DNA of 62,729 bases from an uncultured bacterium (GTDB taxonomy: Bacteria > SAR324 > NAC60-12), in NCBI GenBank assembly GCA_964010765.1, contig CAXGMD010000009.1:1-62729 (forward strand). The letters are read 5' to 3'. Both the position numbers and the translations under genes were made by a program. Under the pieces are notes generated by a model. The model was not told where the DNA came from and made no database searches. It saw only the letters and a list, made by a program, of their open reading frames with translations. Below are positions 1 to 9,506 of the stretch, in pieces. How positions within the stretch are numbered: position 1 is the first letter of the stretch; every line of letters starts with the position of its first letter.

Positions 1-566
1 GGCGGAACTTTCTTGACGATCTGCTCCAAAAGTTCTTGGATCCCGATATTGTTTTTGGCGCTGACTCTAGCAGAGTCTTGAGCGTCAAGCCCAATCACTT
101 CTTCAATCTCTGAAATGACCCGTTCTGGTTCAGCAGTGGGCAAATCAATTTTGTTAAGGACGGGAATAATTTCTAAATCGTTATCCAGCGCCATGTAGAC
201 ATTTGCTAGCGTCTGAGCCTCCACTCCTTGAGCTGCATCCACAACAAGCAAAGCTCCTTCACAAGCAGCTAGAGATCGGGAAACTTCATAGGTGAAGTCC
301 ACATGGCCTGGAGTGTCAATCAGATTCAAAGTGTACTCTTGGCCGTCAGGTGCTTCGTAATTGAGCCGTACGGTTTGCGACTTAACTGTGATCCCACGCT
401 CACGCTCAATGTCCATGTTATCGAGCAGTTGCTCTTGTGCCTCACGGTCTGTAATCGCATGCGTAGTCTTCATTAAGCAGTCTGCCAGGGTAGACTTGCC
501 ATGGTCAATGTGGGCAATGATCGAGAAGTTTCGGATGAAACGTGGATCAGTCGATTCGTTTTTCAT
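1..566 (-). CDS. lepA: Elongation factor 4 (LepA), N-terminal part; runs off the left edge
   Basis: Hand translation of the minus strand from ATG 566: [29 protein letters not shown]...[16 protein letters not shown]...[40 protein letters not shown]...NKIDLP. These are LepA G-domain motifs. Not in the ORF track. Confidence 0.97.
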   Translation of the reverse strand, partial: MKNESTDPRFIRNFSIIAHIDHGKSTLADCLMKTTHAITDREAQEQLLDNMDIERERGITVKSQTVRLNYEAPDGQEYTLNLIDTPGHVDFTYEVSRSLAACEGALLVVDAAQGVEAQTLANVYMALDNDLEIIPVLNKIDLPTAEPERVISEIEEVIGLDAQDSARVSAKNNIGIQELLEQIVKKVP

Positions 567-754
567 TTAGGCTTAGGGACGTTCAAGAACGTTTGGACAG
601 TAATAAGTTGATGATGGGATTAAAGAAAAACTAATATTTTTAACAAGATTTCAAAGATTCCACCAGCCGAATCTCTGTGCCTTTGAATTGCTTTTTCAAT
701 CGCTTCTAATCTAAGATTTTGCCAAATACTTAACTACTTTGTACCCAGAGATCC

Positions 755-1486
755 ATGCAGCCTGAAAAAAATCTAAATTTTCTTTTCAGAATTTTTCTTT
801 ACTCCTTTTATTGCTTCTTCAGAGTGATTTTTAGCCGCCGAGCAGGCAACTATATCCATGCGGCTCTTGCTGAAGTCAGCAGAGTCAATGCGCTTGAAAA
901 AAGCCAACGGAGATTGGAAAAGGAAAATAAAAAAAGACTCAAACAAGGATTGCCTCCATTAGCTGTTCCAGCAGATCCAGAAAGAGAAGATTTAGCTGAG
1001 CCAGAGCAAGCACAAGAGAAAGTAGCAGAAAAAGTCGTTGAAGAATCAAAACCGATAGATGCTGTGCAATCTAAAGAAAAAGATGAAATCTCCAAAAAGG
1101 ACGAAAAAAATATTGATGGAGTTTTTCTCTTGTCTCTCTTTCAGAAGCAGGGTCGCTTGGTGGATTTTTTACAGCAAGACATCGCTTCTTTTTCGAATGC
1201 TGAGGTAGGTGAGGCAGCTCGAGTCGTGCATGATGGGTGCGCCAGAATATTAGGTGATTACTTCACAATGGAAGCGATCCGTACCGAGGAAGAAGGGGCA
1301 TTGGTCAGCGTTGATGCTGACTACAATCTATCTGAAATTACACTAACTGGAAATTTGCGTGGGTCAGCTCCGTATCGTGGTGAATTGCTACATCACGGCT
1401 GGAAGATCTCTGATCAGCACCCACCCGAACAATTGGATCCGAAAGCACGATTTATTGTTCAGCCAGCAGAAATCGAAGTACGCTGA
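755..1486 (+). CDS. DUF2760 domain-containing protein
   Basis: C-terminal LLSLFQKQGRLVDFLQQDI..FSNAEVGEAARVVHDGC...LTGNLRGSAPYRGELLHHGW...QPAEIEV matches the DUF2760 pattern as I recall it. Hydrophobic N-terminus and a charged linker. Confidence 0.8.
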   Translation: MQPEKNLNFLFRIFLYSFYCFFRVIFSRRAGNYIHAALAEVSRVNALEKSQRRLEKENKKRLKQGLPPLAVPADPEREDLAEPEQAQEKVAEKVVEESKPIDAVQSKEKDEISKKDEKNIDGVFLLSLFQKQGRLVDFLQQDIASFSNAEVGEAARVVHDGCARILGDYFTMEAIRTEEEGALVSVDADYNLSEITLTGNLRGSAPYRGELLHHGWKISDQHPPEQLDPKARFIVQPAEIEVR

Positions 1487-1496
1487 TGAGGAAGCG

Positions 1497-1530
1497 GTAG
1501 CATTTCAATCAATCGAATGCTACACTTTTT
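1497..1530 (+). terminator. Rho-independent terminator after the DUF2760 gene
   Basis: GTAGCATT(1497-1504)...AATGCTAC(1516-1523) stem followed by ACTTTTTGTTTCTTT. Confidence 0.65.
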
Positions 1531-1647
1531 GTTTCTTTCGAATAACGAAAGATCTTCCTTTCGAGAGCGGGCAACAATTCCTCTGAGCATCTGAGGTTAA
1601 CTGCCCTTGGATGCCAATCCTCAACCATTCACTCAAGGATTCTGACC

Positions 1648-1941
1648 ATGAAAAAATTTGCTGCAGCCCTGTCAGTGATGTTGCTGATAGGAGGAATAGG
1701 CATTGCCGGTGGTTGTGACTATCACAACAAGTCTTACACGATGGCAAAAAACGCTACTGAAGCACCTCAAGGAACATTTGTTCTTTCGGTGGACGGCAAG
1801 CGTGTTATGAAGCGTGATCTCAACCCTGGACAAACGGTTTATACGGTTCAGAGTGAGATGGGCGAAATCTTGGCTCAAGATATCAGTTTTGATGAATTAG
1901 CTGAGCAATTCCCCGAGATCTACAGTCAAGTAAGCAGCTAA
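1648..1941 (+). CDS. Small exported protein or lipoprotein of unknown function
   Basis: AAGGA SD upstream; MKKFAAALSVMLLIGGIGIAGGC is signal-peptide-like and ends in Cys; a hairpin follows the stop. Confidence 0.7.
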   Translation: MKKFAAALSVMLLIGGIGIAGGCDYHNKSYTMAKNATEAPQGTFVLSVDGKRVMKRDLNPGQTVYTVQSEMGEILAQDISFDELAEQFPEIYSQVSS

Positions 1942-1957
1942 ATAACTGGCCCTTAGA

Positions 1958-1993
1958 CCGGAGGTTTGAACTATCAACCTCCGGCTTCCTTCT
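1958..1993 (+). terminator. Hairpin / probable terminator
   Basis: CCGGAGGTT...AACCTCCGG 9-bp inverted repeat (1958-1984) followed by CTTCCTTCT. Confidence 0.55.
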
Positions 1994-2022
1994 GTCCTCA
2001 CTCAACCCCCTGCCCCTGCTTA

Positions 2023-3027
2023 ATGGCATTCATGCCTGAAAATTCAAAAATAAGTCCTCCTGATTTCGAAGCAGTTCATGCTCGACTTCGTGAATTTCCA
2101 GTGCAGTTCCGGACTGAAATTCATCGGATAATTGTTGGTCAGGAGGAAGTCCTAGATCAACTGCTGATTGCGCTCTTGTGCAACGGCCATGTGCTGCTGA
2201 CTGGAGTGCCAGGGTTAGCTAAAACTCTGCTAATTAAGACCCTGGCGAACCTCTTTCGACTGAACTTCAATCGAATTCAATGTACGCCTGATCTGATGCC
2301 ATCAGATATCAGTGGTGTCGAAATCCTAGATGAGAATGAGCAAGAGCGAAGGTTTCGCTTCATTGAGGGACCCGTCTTCACCAATCTCTTGCTGGCGGAT
2401 GAAATCAATCGAACTTCTCCACGAACACAGGCTGCTCTCCTCCAAGCCATGCAGGAAAAGCAAGTTACTGTGGCAGGCAAGACTTACCAACTCACTCATC
2501 CATTCATCGTGTTCGCAACTCAAAATCCAATCGATTCTGAGGGGACCTATCCACTTCCAGAAGCGCAACTTGACCGATTTTTATTCAATGTCGAGATGGA
2601 GTACCCAAGTGCGACAGAAGAAGCAGAGATCGCAGTCCAATCACAGACCCAGTCCCAGGAAGTGAATGCTTTCTTTGATGGAAGTGATTTGCTGAAAATA
2701 CAGCAACTTGTCGATGAAGTCCCGATAGCTCCCCATGTCGTTGATTGGATCGTACAGCTTGTCCGAGCCACAAGGCCCCAAGACAGTTCGGTTGAGCCCA
2801 TCAAAAAATATGTTGAATGGGGTGCAGGTGTCCGAGCATCGCAAAATCTAGTGCGAGCTGCCAGAGCCCACGCCCTACTGAAGGGTGATTCGGTGGTCAG
2901 CAAAGAGCATGTTCGCTATGTTGCGCCTTCGGTGCTTCGCCATCGTATCATAGTTAATTTTATTGGTGAGGCTGAGCAATGGACTCCCATTCGTCTAATT
3001 GAACTGCTACTCGAAAATCATACTTAG
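2023..3027 (+). CDS. MoxR family AAA+ ATPase
   Basis: HVLLTGVPGLAKT (Walker A), RIQCTPDLMPSDI, LLADEINRTSPRTQAALLQAMQE, ATQNPIDSEGTYPLPEAQLDRF. Start is probably ATG 2023 or 2032; TTG 1966 lies inside the hairpin. Confidence 0.95.
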   Translation: MAFMPENSKISPPDFEAVHARLREFPVQFRTEIHRIIVGQEEVLDQLLIALLCNGHVLLTGVPGLAKTLLIKTLANLFRLNFNRIQCTPDLMPSDISGVEILDENEQERRFRFIEGPVFTNLLLADEINRTSPRTQAALLQAMQEKQVTVAGKTYQLTHPFIVFATQNPIDSEGTYPLPEAQLDRFLFNVEMEYPSATEEAEIAVQSQTQSQEVNAFFDGSDLLKIQQLVDEVPIAPHVVDWIVQLVRATRPQDSSVEPIKKYVEWGAGVRASQNLVRAARAHALLKGDSVVSKEHVRYVAPSVLRHRIIVNFIGEAEQWTPIRLIELLLENHT

Positions 3028-3036
3028 TAGATCTTC

Positions 3037-5334
3037 ATGGAAGGCAAATCCTCCACTCCGAATCCCAAGCTGCTTCAGCGTCTCCAGACTGAATTTGACC
3101 ATCGTCCCGATCACATTCAAAACACACTCAGTCTCCTACTGGCAGACAACACTATTCCATTTGTTGCCCGTTACAGAAAAGAGCAGACAGGGAATTTGGA
3201 TGAAGTACAAATCGCTAACTTACTGGATCGGTATGAGTATCTCAAAGAACTCGAAGATCGAAGAGAGACGATCCTCAATAGCATTAGGGACCAGGAGAAG
3301 CTAACGGCAGAGTTGGAAAAAAAGATTAATGAAGTCCAAACCAAACAGGAGTTGGAGGATCTTTACTTACCTTACAAACCTAAGCGACGAACTCGCGCAA
3401 TGATTGCCCGCGAAAAAGGCTTGGAACCGCTTGCTCAGTTGGTTTTGGAGGAGCAGGGAGATAGGAATCAAATAAATAATTGGCTGAATGCTTTCCAAGC
3501 AGGATTGTCTTCACCCCTAACGAACGATGAAATTTGGCAGGGAGTTCGGGATATTTTTGCTGAAAAAGTGGCAGAAGATGCTGAGACACGAGCACGCATA
3601 CGTCAATTGACTTTTCAGCAAGGTACATTCGTTTCAGAAGTAAAACCAGAGTTCAAGGAGACGACTTCGAAATTTGAAATGTATTATGAGTTCAATGAGA
3701 ACATCAGTAAGATCCAACCGCATCGATACCTGGCGATTAGACGCGGAGAAAAGGAAGAAATCCTTCAGGCGAGGGTTCAGGTACAGGAGGGTCTAACCGA
3801 ATCTGCACTTCAAGAGATTTGGCTAACTAAAGCGAATGTAGATTTTCGGCAAGAGCTTCAACTAGCTCTTTCAGATGCATATGATCGCTTGCTAGCACCT
3901 TCGATTGAGACAGAAATCCGACAGGAATTGAAGCAGCAAGCGGATGAAAGTTCTATTGAGTTGTTTGCAAAGAATCTACGTCAGTTACTGATGCAGCCGC
4001 CTGGAGGTTCAAGAGTGGTCATAGGCCTAGATCCAGGTTTCCGAACAGGAACAAAGTGGGTGGTTATCGACAACACAGGACGCTTGCACGAAAACGGTGT
4101 CATTTATCCGGTGGAACCACAACGGCAAGTAGAGGCATCAAGACGAACACTACTTGGCTTGATTGAGCGATACCAAGCTGAAATTGTTGTGGTTGGGAAT
4201 GGCACAGGTTCGAGAGAAGTTTCGCAATTCCTAAGAGAATTTATCAAAGAATTGCAGTTAAAAATCAGACATTTGGTTGTGAACGAATCTGGCGCTTCTG
4301 TTTACTCAGCATCAGAAGTCGCTCGTCAGGAATTTCCGGATTTGGATTTAACGGTACGGGGTGCGGTTTCGATAGCCCGGCGTTATCAGGATCCTCTGGC
4401 GGAGTTGGTCAAGATAGATCCAAAATCAATTGGAGTGGGGCAGTACCAACATGATGTCAATCAGAAGCAATTAAAGCAGTCTCTTGATCGAACGGTCGAG
4501 TCTTGTGTGAACCAAGTAGGAGTGGAACTGAATCAGGCATCAGCTGCTCTTCTCAGCTATGTCTCGGGAGTCACGAAGTCTCTAGCTGCGCGCATTGTTT
4601 CGTACAGAGATGAAAATGGCCCGTTCCGATCGCGTCAAGAATTGATGCAAGTGACTGGCTTTGGAAAAAAAGCTTTTGAACAAGCGGCTGGTTTTTTAAG
4701 AATTCGAAATGCTGAGTACCCGTTGGACCAGTCAGCTGTTCATCCGGAGCGCTATAGTATTGTCGAGCAAATGGCAGCCAGTCAAAACCTCTTGGTTGCT
4801 GATCTGATTGGCAATCAGGATGCACTTGAAAAAATTCATTTTCAAGATTTCGTATCTGAAGAAATAGGCCGTTACACACTGAATGATATTTTGGAAGAAC
4901 TGAAAAAACCTGGCCGAGACCCTCGAGATGACCACCAAGAAGTGCAGTTCAGTGAAGCCGTCCAAGACATGAAAGATCTTCAGGTTGGGATGCATCTTCA
5001 AGGAGTGGTCACTAACATCACGCACTTTGGAGCATTCGTTGATATTGGTGTTCATCAAGATGGCTTGGTTCATATTTCACAGATGTCTTCACAATTTGTC
5101 CGCGATCCACTTGAAGCTTGTGCTGTGGGGCAACGTGTTAAAGTTTGGGTGTTAGAGGTTGATACTCAACGGAAAAGAATTGCTTTGAGTATGCGTAATC
5201 CAGATTCGAAAAATCTGGATCGGAATCCATCGAAAGCACTACCACAGAAGAAGAATAAGTCAGCTCAACAGCCATCCAGACAAAAACAGGGTGCAGGAGT
5301 GGATCAATTGATGGAGAAATTCAGATCACTTTGA
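3037..5334 (+). CDS. tex: Tex family RNA-binding transcriptional accessory protein (S1 domain)
   Basis: NTIPFVARYRKEQTGNLDE, LEDLYLPYKPKRRT, GLDPGFRTG, VNESGASVYSAS, DPLAELVKIDPKSIGVGQYQHDV, and a C-terminal S1 domain (FGAFVDIGVHQDGLVHIS). Confidence 0.96.
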   Translation: MEGKSSTPNPKLLQRLQTEFDHRPDHIQNTLSLLLADNTIPFVARYRKEQTGNLDEVQIANLLDRYEYLKELEDRRETILNSIRDQEKLTAELEKKINEVQTKQELEDLYLPYKPKRRTRAMIAREKGLEPLAQLVLEEQGDRNQINNWLNAFQAGLSSPLTNDEIWQGVRDIFAEKVAEDAETRARIRQLTFQQGTFVSEVKPEFKETTSKFEMYYEFNENISKIQPHRYLAIRRGEKEEILQARVQVQEGLTESALQEIWLTKANVDFRQELQLALSDAYDRLLAPSIETEIRQELKQQADESSIELFAKNLRQLLMQPPGGSRVVIGLDPGFRTGTKWVVIDNTGRLHENGVIYPVEPQRQVEASRRTLLGLIERYQAEIVVVGNGTGSREVSQFLREFIKELQLKIRHLVVNESGASVYSASEVARQEFPDLDLTVRGAVSIARRYQDPLAELVKIDPKSIGVGQYQHDVNQKQLKQSLDRTVESCVNQVGVELNQASAALLSYVSGVTKSLAARIVSYRDENGPFRSRQELMQVTGFGKKAFEQAAGFLRIRNAEYPLDQSAVHPERYSIVEQMAASQNLLVADLIGNQDALEKIHFQDFVSEEIGRYTLNDILEELKKPGRDPRDDHQEVQFSEAVQDMKDLQVGMHLQGVVTNITHFGAFVDIGVHQDGLVHISQMSSQFVRDPLEACAVGQRVKVWVLEVDTQRKRIALSMRNPDSKNLDRNPSKALPQKKNKSAQQPSRQKQGAGVDQLMEKFRSL

Positions 5335-5361
5335 TGCTCCTTCTATCTATGCATTGAGGCG

Positions 5362-7116
5362 ATGATGGATCATCAGCAATGGCAGAATCGAATAAACGAA
5401 ATATGCGGTGATTTGGAGTCAAGGCTAGATCCAGCATCACACAACTTTGCTCAAAGGCTCAAGCAGACTCTTGAAAGGGATTTCCCAGCCCACCGAGAAG
5501 CATCAACTGCCCTCACTCTGCGTCACCATGCCTTCACACATGCTTTGCAACTTTATGATTTGCAAAGTGCTCTTCGACTCATTGCAACCTACGACCTCTC
5601 CCAACAAGCTACGCAGGGCATAGTCCCCAGAATTCAAAAAAGTTGTAATTCTTTGGCAGTCATTCGTCAACTGGATGCATTTGCCTCCAGCCCTGTCGAA
5701 CTACGTGCTCTGGAACGATATCGTATTGGTGTGGAAGAGAGCCTGCAAACAGTTTTAAAATGTGAGGTTCAGCTACTTTACGAGCCCATCAGACTTCAGA
5801 AAGTAGTCGTAACTGCTCAAAATTTACCGGAAGAAGTACAGCAACATTTTTTCATAGAGCGACTGCAGTCACTTTTTTCCAGAGATTATCAAACCTACCT
5901 GGTTCTGAAAAATCGCTTTTTTCTATCACGTATTCGGCAGGGTTTAAGCGATGACCTAATCGTTCGTTGGATGCAGCGCCGTTTGAAAGGTTCACTTCGA
6001 TTGGGCCCCTCAGAAATCTTTGAGGAGGTTCGCAAAGTAGATTTTCGGACTGTAGAACAATTGGTGCGTGAATTAGTACATCACCATCCAGGCAATCCAA
6101 AATTGAAAGGCAGCCCCACACCATGGCATCCTGAAATGTCAAAGGAAGAGGACGGATTTGTTGTGGATCACCAGAGTGCTCAAAGTTCTCTTGAATCCCC
6201 CAAAGATATAAGCAACGGATCGACTTTAGGTGATGAAGAATCTATCTCCCTTACCCATAGAGCAGAGTCCTTAGCCATTCCCACTACAGAGGAGATAGCA
6301 TTTGATCATGGAAGTGACGCCGAGCCTGTTGCCGAGCCAATTGGTATTGAATTAGAGGAACGGAGTGGTGGAAAACTAGTTTCACTGACAGAAGACGGTG
6401 AAGATGCTTTTGAAGTACTGTTAAAGCGGTTGCAACCTCTACTCAAAAAGATCAACAAGAATCTCAAGAGTGTTTACAGTACTTCATCTCCATTTCTTAC
6501 TCCACGGAACGAAGACTACACAACGTCCCAGCAATTGGAACAAGAAGGTTTTTTCAACTTGGAGAAGCGTGCAATAGTCGATCTGAATGAATGGGTGTCA
6601 GCAATATTGGAAGCTGAACATCTTGAGGGTGCCCGCTGGAAACGTGAGGAGGTTGTTGAAGTGTGGGAGAGTGATCCCGAACTGGATGAGGAGTTTTTGA
6701 AAGAAGAATGTTCACGTGATAAGGATCACAGTCTGAAGATAAGTAGCTTAATGCCCTTTCCTTTAAACATTCCCACTCCCGATGGCACAATCTTAAATTT
6801 GGAGAAGGGAAGAAGATTCGTTCTTCAATTGGGTGTCGCCTTCATGGACAGGAACATCCCTGAACGCAAACGAGCTCAAAGTCAGGCGACACCCTATCTC
6901 AGAATCTTCTTCAAAGGACAACATTTGCAAAAGCGAGGAGCCCTTGTTCATTTGAACCAGGAACCATATTTCTTGGCTTTGCCTGAGCAGGTAAAATCTT
7001 CAATGATTCTGTTCCACCTGTCTGTGATGATGCTCCATCAGTCGTTTGGCCTAACTTTGCCTGTCTCGTTGCGTCAACACCTGGTGGGTGTGTTTTCAAT
7101 TGATAAGGATCAATAA
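5362..7116 (+). CDS. Hypothetical protein (584 aa) with a central acidic, probably disordered linker
   Basis: Long ORF with a GAGG SD, directly after tex and convergent with truA; no motif recognised. Confidence 0.75.
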   Translation: MMDHQQWQNRINEICGDLESRLDPASHNFAQRLKQTLERDFPAHREASTALTLRHHAFTHALQLYDLQSALRLIATYDLSQQATQGIVPRIQKSCNSLAVIRQLDAFASSPVELRALERYRIGVEESLQTVLKCEVQLLYEPIRLQKVVVTAQNLPEEVQQHFFIERLQSLFSRDYQTYLVLKNRFFLSRIRQGLSDDLIVRWMQRRLKGSLRLGPSEIFEEVRKVDFRTVEQLVRELVHHHPGNPKLKGSPTPWHPEMSKEEDGFVVDHQSAQSSLESPKDISNGSTLGDEESISLTHRAESLAIPTTEEIAFDHGSDAEPVAEPIGIELEERSGGKLVSLTEDGEDAFEVLLKRLQPLLKKINKNLKSVYSTSSPFLTPRNEDYTTSQQLEQEGFFNLEKRAIVDLNEWVSAILEAEHLEGARWKREEVVEVWESDPELDEEFLKEECSRDKDHSLKISSLMPFPLNIPTPDGTILNLEKGRRFVLQLGVAFMDRNIPERKRAQSQATPYLRIFFKGQHLQKRGALVHLNQEPYFLALPEQVKSSMILFHLSVMMLHQSFGLTLPVSLRQHLVGVFSIDKDQ

Positions 7117-7121
7117 TGAAA

Positions 7122-7946
7122 TTATTGACTGCACCCCTCAGGGTTTTCTATTGTTTTGAAGGGATTAATCAATAATTCTTTAGGCCAACCCACCAGGTCA
7201 GTTGGATAGCGTACAGCAAGTTGATAAAGGCCCCCAGGAGGCGCGGTTTTTCCAGCTTTAGTACGGTCCCGCTGTTTCAAAATTTCTTCCATCGAAATTG
7301 CCTCTCTCTTTCTCAAACCTACTTCGACCAGAGTCCCAGTAAGAATTCGGACCATATGCTGTAGAAATGAGTTTGCTTCAAACTCCATAATGAGATTACC
7401 CCAAGGGGAAACAGTCTTCGCTATCATGATTTCTCGCAGCTCTTTTACCGGATCAGGCCCGCTGCAATGACTAGCTCTGAAAGAGGAGAAGTCATAACTC
7501 CCAATTAAGTATTGAGCGGCCATTCTCATTGCCTGCACATCTAAAGGTTGACGAATCCACCATGAATGATTTTCAGCAAATGGATTTCTCTGCTGAGAAT
7601 TATGAATGAGATACGCGTAGCGTTTACCAATTGAATCGTGGCGAGCATGAAAGCTTGTGGGTTTCTCTACTACATTGCGTACAACGATGTCAGGAGGCAA
7701 CAGTCCGTTGAGAGCCTTCTGCCATTGTATAGCTGTAAAATTTTGTGAACTTTGAAAATGGGCAGGATAATTGAGGGCATGAACACCAGCATCGGTTCTA
7801 CCGCTCCCAAGTAATTTATGGAAGGTTCCTGTCAGTTGCTGGAGAGCTTTTTCGATTTCACCTTCGATTGTGAGAAGGTTAGGCTGAACCTGCCAACCTG
7901 CGTATCGAGTACCGCAATATGTCAGCAGGAGAAGCCAGGTTCGCAA
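7122..7946 (-). CDS. truA: tRNA pseudouridine(38-40) synthase
   Basis: YAGWQVQPN, GSGRTDAGVHA, FHARHD, ANSFLQHMVRILTGTL, TAPPGGLY. Confidence 0.96.
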   Translation of the reverse strand: MRTWLLLLTYCGTRYAGWQVQPNLLTIEGEIEKALQQLTGTFHKLLGSGRTDAGVHALNYPAHFQSSQNFTAIQWQKALNGLLPPDIVVRNVVEKPTSFHARHDSIGKRYAYLIHNSQQRNPFAENHSWWIRQPLDVQAMRMAAQYLIGSYDFSSFRASHCSGPDPVKELREIMIAKTVSPWGNLIMEFEANSFLQHMVRILTGTLVEVGLRKREAISMEEILKQRDRTKAGKTAPPGGLYQLAVRYPTDLVGWPKELLINPFKTIENPEGCSQ

Positions 7947-7967
7947 GTTTCAGGATAGGAAGGGGGA

Positions 7968-8297
7968 TCAGGCAGCTTCTACAGCTCTCTCAGCCATTGA
8001 ACGAATTTTACTAGGATCGTTGCCCACTACCTGATCAACAAGTTTGCCGTCTTTCATCATAATGACGGTTGGTATTCCTCGGACTCCGAAGCGAACAGCA
8101 GCGCGTTGATTGGAATCGACATCGAGTTTGCAAACTTTAATTTGCTCACCATGAGATTCTGCGATGGAATCTATCACTGGTGCCAAGGCTCGACATGGTC
8201 CACACCACTCAGCCCAGAAATCAATCATTACGTAGCCAGATCCTGTTTGCTCATCAAAGGAATCATCGGTGAGGTGAACAACTTTTTCGCTTGCCAT
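7968..8297 (-). CDS. trxA: Thioredoxin
   Basis: DFWAEWCGPC active site and GVRGIPT; likely start ATG 8297. Confidence 0.95.
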   Translation of the reverse strand: MASEKVVHLTDDSFDEQTGSGYVMIDFWAEWCGPCRALAPVIDSIAESHGEQIKVCKLDVDSNQRAAVRFGVRGIPTVIMMKDGKLVDQVVGNDPSKIRSMAERAVEAA

Positions 8298-8400
8298 AAA
8301 CCGCTCTCTATTCAAGGGTGAAAAACGTTCAAAATATCAGACCTCCACTGGGCTGACAAGGTCTATCTAGGTTCAGAGTATTGAAGCCAGGTGGGTAGCT

Positions 8401-9309
8401 TTATAGTTTCGGGAGAAAGTCCCGACAGCTTTTCTCGAGGAATTCCCAAAAAGCAAGGCTGGCTGGAAGAAGTTTTTTTTCTTGAAGACGCACCAAATAC
8501 CAATGTCGTATCAGCGGAGTACCAGCTACATCTAAAACTGCCAAACGTCCTTCCTCCACTTCAGCTGCGATGGTATGTGCAGAGATGAAAGAGATGCCTA
8601 GCCCTGCCATGACACCTTGCTTGATGGATTCATTACTGCCCATCTCCATACCTTTGCGCCATTCAATCTTTTGTTCGGTCAGAAATCTATGAAGCAACAT
8701 CCTTGTTCCAGAACCTTGTTCTCGAAGCAAAGGAGTCTCATTGGTGAGCTTCTCAAGAGTAATATTTTTTATGCTCGATAGAGAATGTAAGGGAGAGGAA
8801 ATAAACACATGTGGATGGTCACCAATCACTTCAGAGATAACCGCAAGGTCTTCAGGTGGGCGGCCCATGATAGCAAAATCAAAACTTGCTGAACGGAGAC
8901 CAGAGACAATTTCCTGGCGATTACCAACCTTCAAGTCTAGTTGAATCTCCAAATGATCTCTCAAAAAAGCAGCAATCGCTTTCGGCATGAAGTATTTCGC
9001 CGTACTGATCACTCCAATTCTAATTCGTCCACCTTCAACACCCCGCAAATTATAGATGGACTCCTCAGCTTGTCTAAGTTGCTCCTCAAGTTGCTTCGCT
9101 AATTCAAAGATCACCTTACCAGGTTCCGTGAGTCGGAAACCATTTCGCCCCCGCTCCAATAGAGGTAATCCAACTTGTTCCTCTAGCTGCTGAATTTGTA
9201 AAGTCACAGCTGGCGGGGTTACCGCAAGTTCTTCGGAAGCTGCTGTCACAGATCCTGTGAGGGCCACACTTTTCAAAGCCCTCAACTGTTTAAATGTCAG
9301 ATTTTTCAT
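8401..9309 (-). CDS. cbbR: LysR-type transcriptional regulator, CbbR subfamily
   Basis: HTH LTFKQLR..GSVTAASEELAVTPPAVTLQIQQLE; effector domain GVISTAKYFMP, VGNRQEI, AIMGRPP, LREQGSGTR, MGSNESIKQGVMAGLGISFISAHT, typical of CbbR-type LTTRs. Confidence 0.85.
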   Translation of the reverse strand: MKNLTFKQLRALKSVALTGSVTAASEELAVTPPAVTLQIQQLEEQVGLPLLERGRNGFRLTEPGKVIFELAKQLEEQLRQAEESIYNLRGVEGGRIRIGVISTAKYFMPKAIAAFLRDHLEIQLDLKVGNRQEIVSGLRSASFDFAIMGRPPEDLAVISEVIGDHPHVFISSPLHSLSSIKNITLEKLTNETPLLREQGSGTRMLLHRFLTEQKIEWRKGMEMGSNESIKQGVMAGLGISFISAHTIAAEVEEGRLAVLDVAGTPLIRHWYLVRLQEKKLLPASLAFWEFLEKSCRDFLPKL

Positions 9310-9506
9310 TGGAAATACTAGATTTAGAAGTTCCGGATCTAAAACTCAGTTCAGATGAAAGTTACCGTTCAGAAGTGATTTTTTGGTAATCTAGTACTCT
9401 GATTGAATTTGATATACTCTTCGGTAATCATGGGAGCATTATGTTGCGAGGTTCTTAAAAGTATCTTTGATTTAAAATAATTTTTTACTGTGTTGAAGGG
9501 CGATTG

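Noticed and set aside
361..570. 69-aa plus-strand ORF
   Set aside because: Antisense shadow of lepA, which has clear motifs on the minus strand
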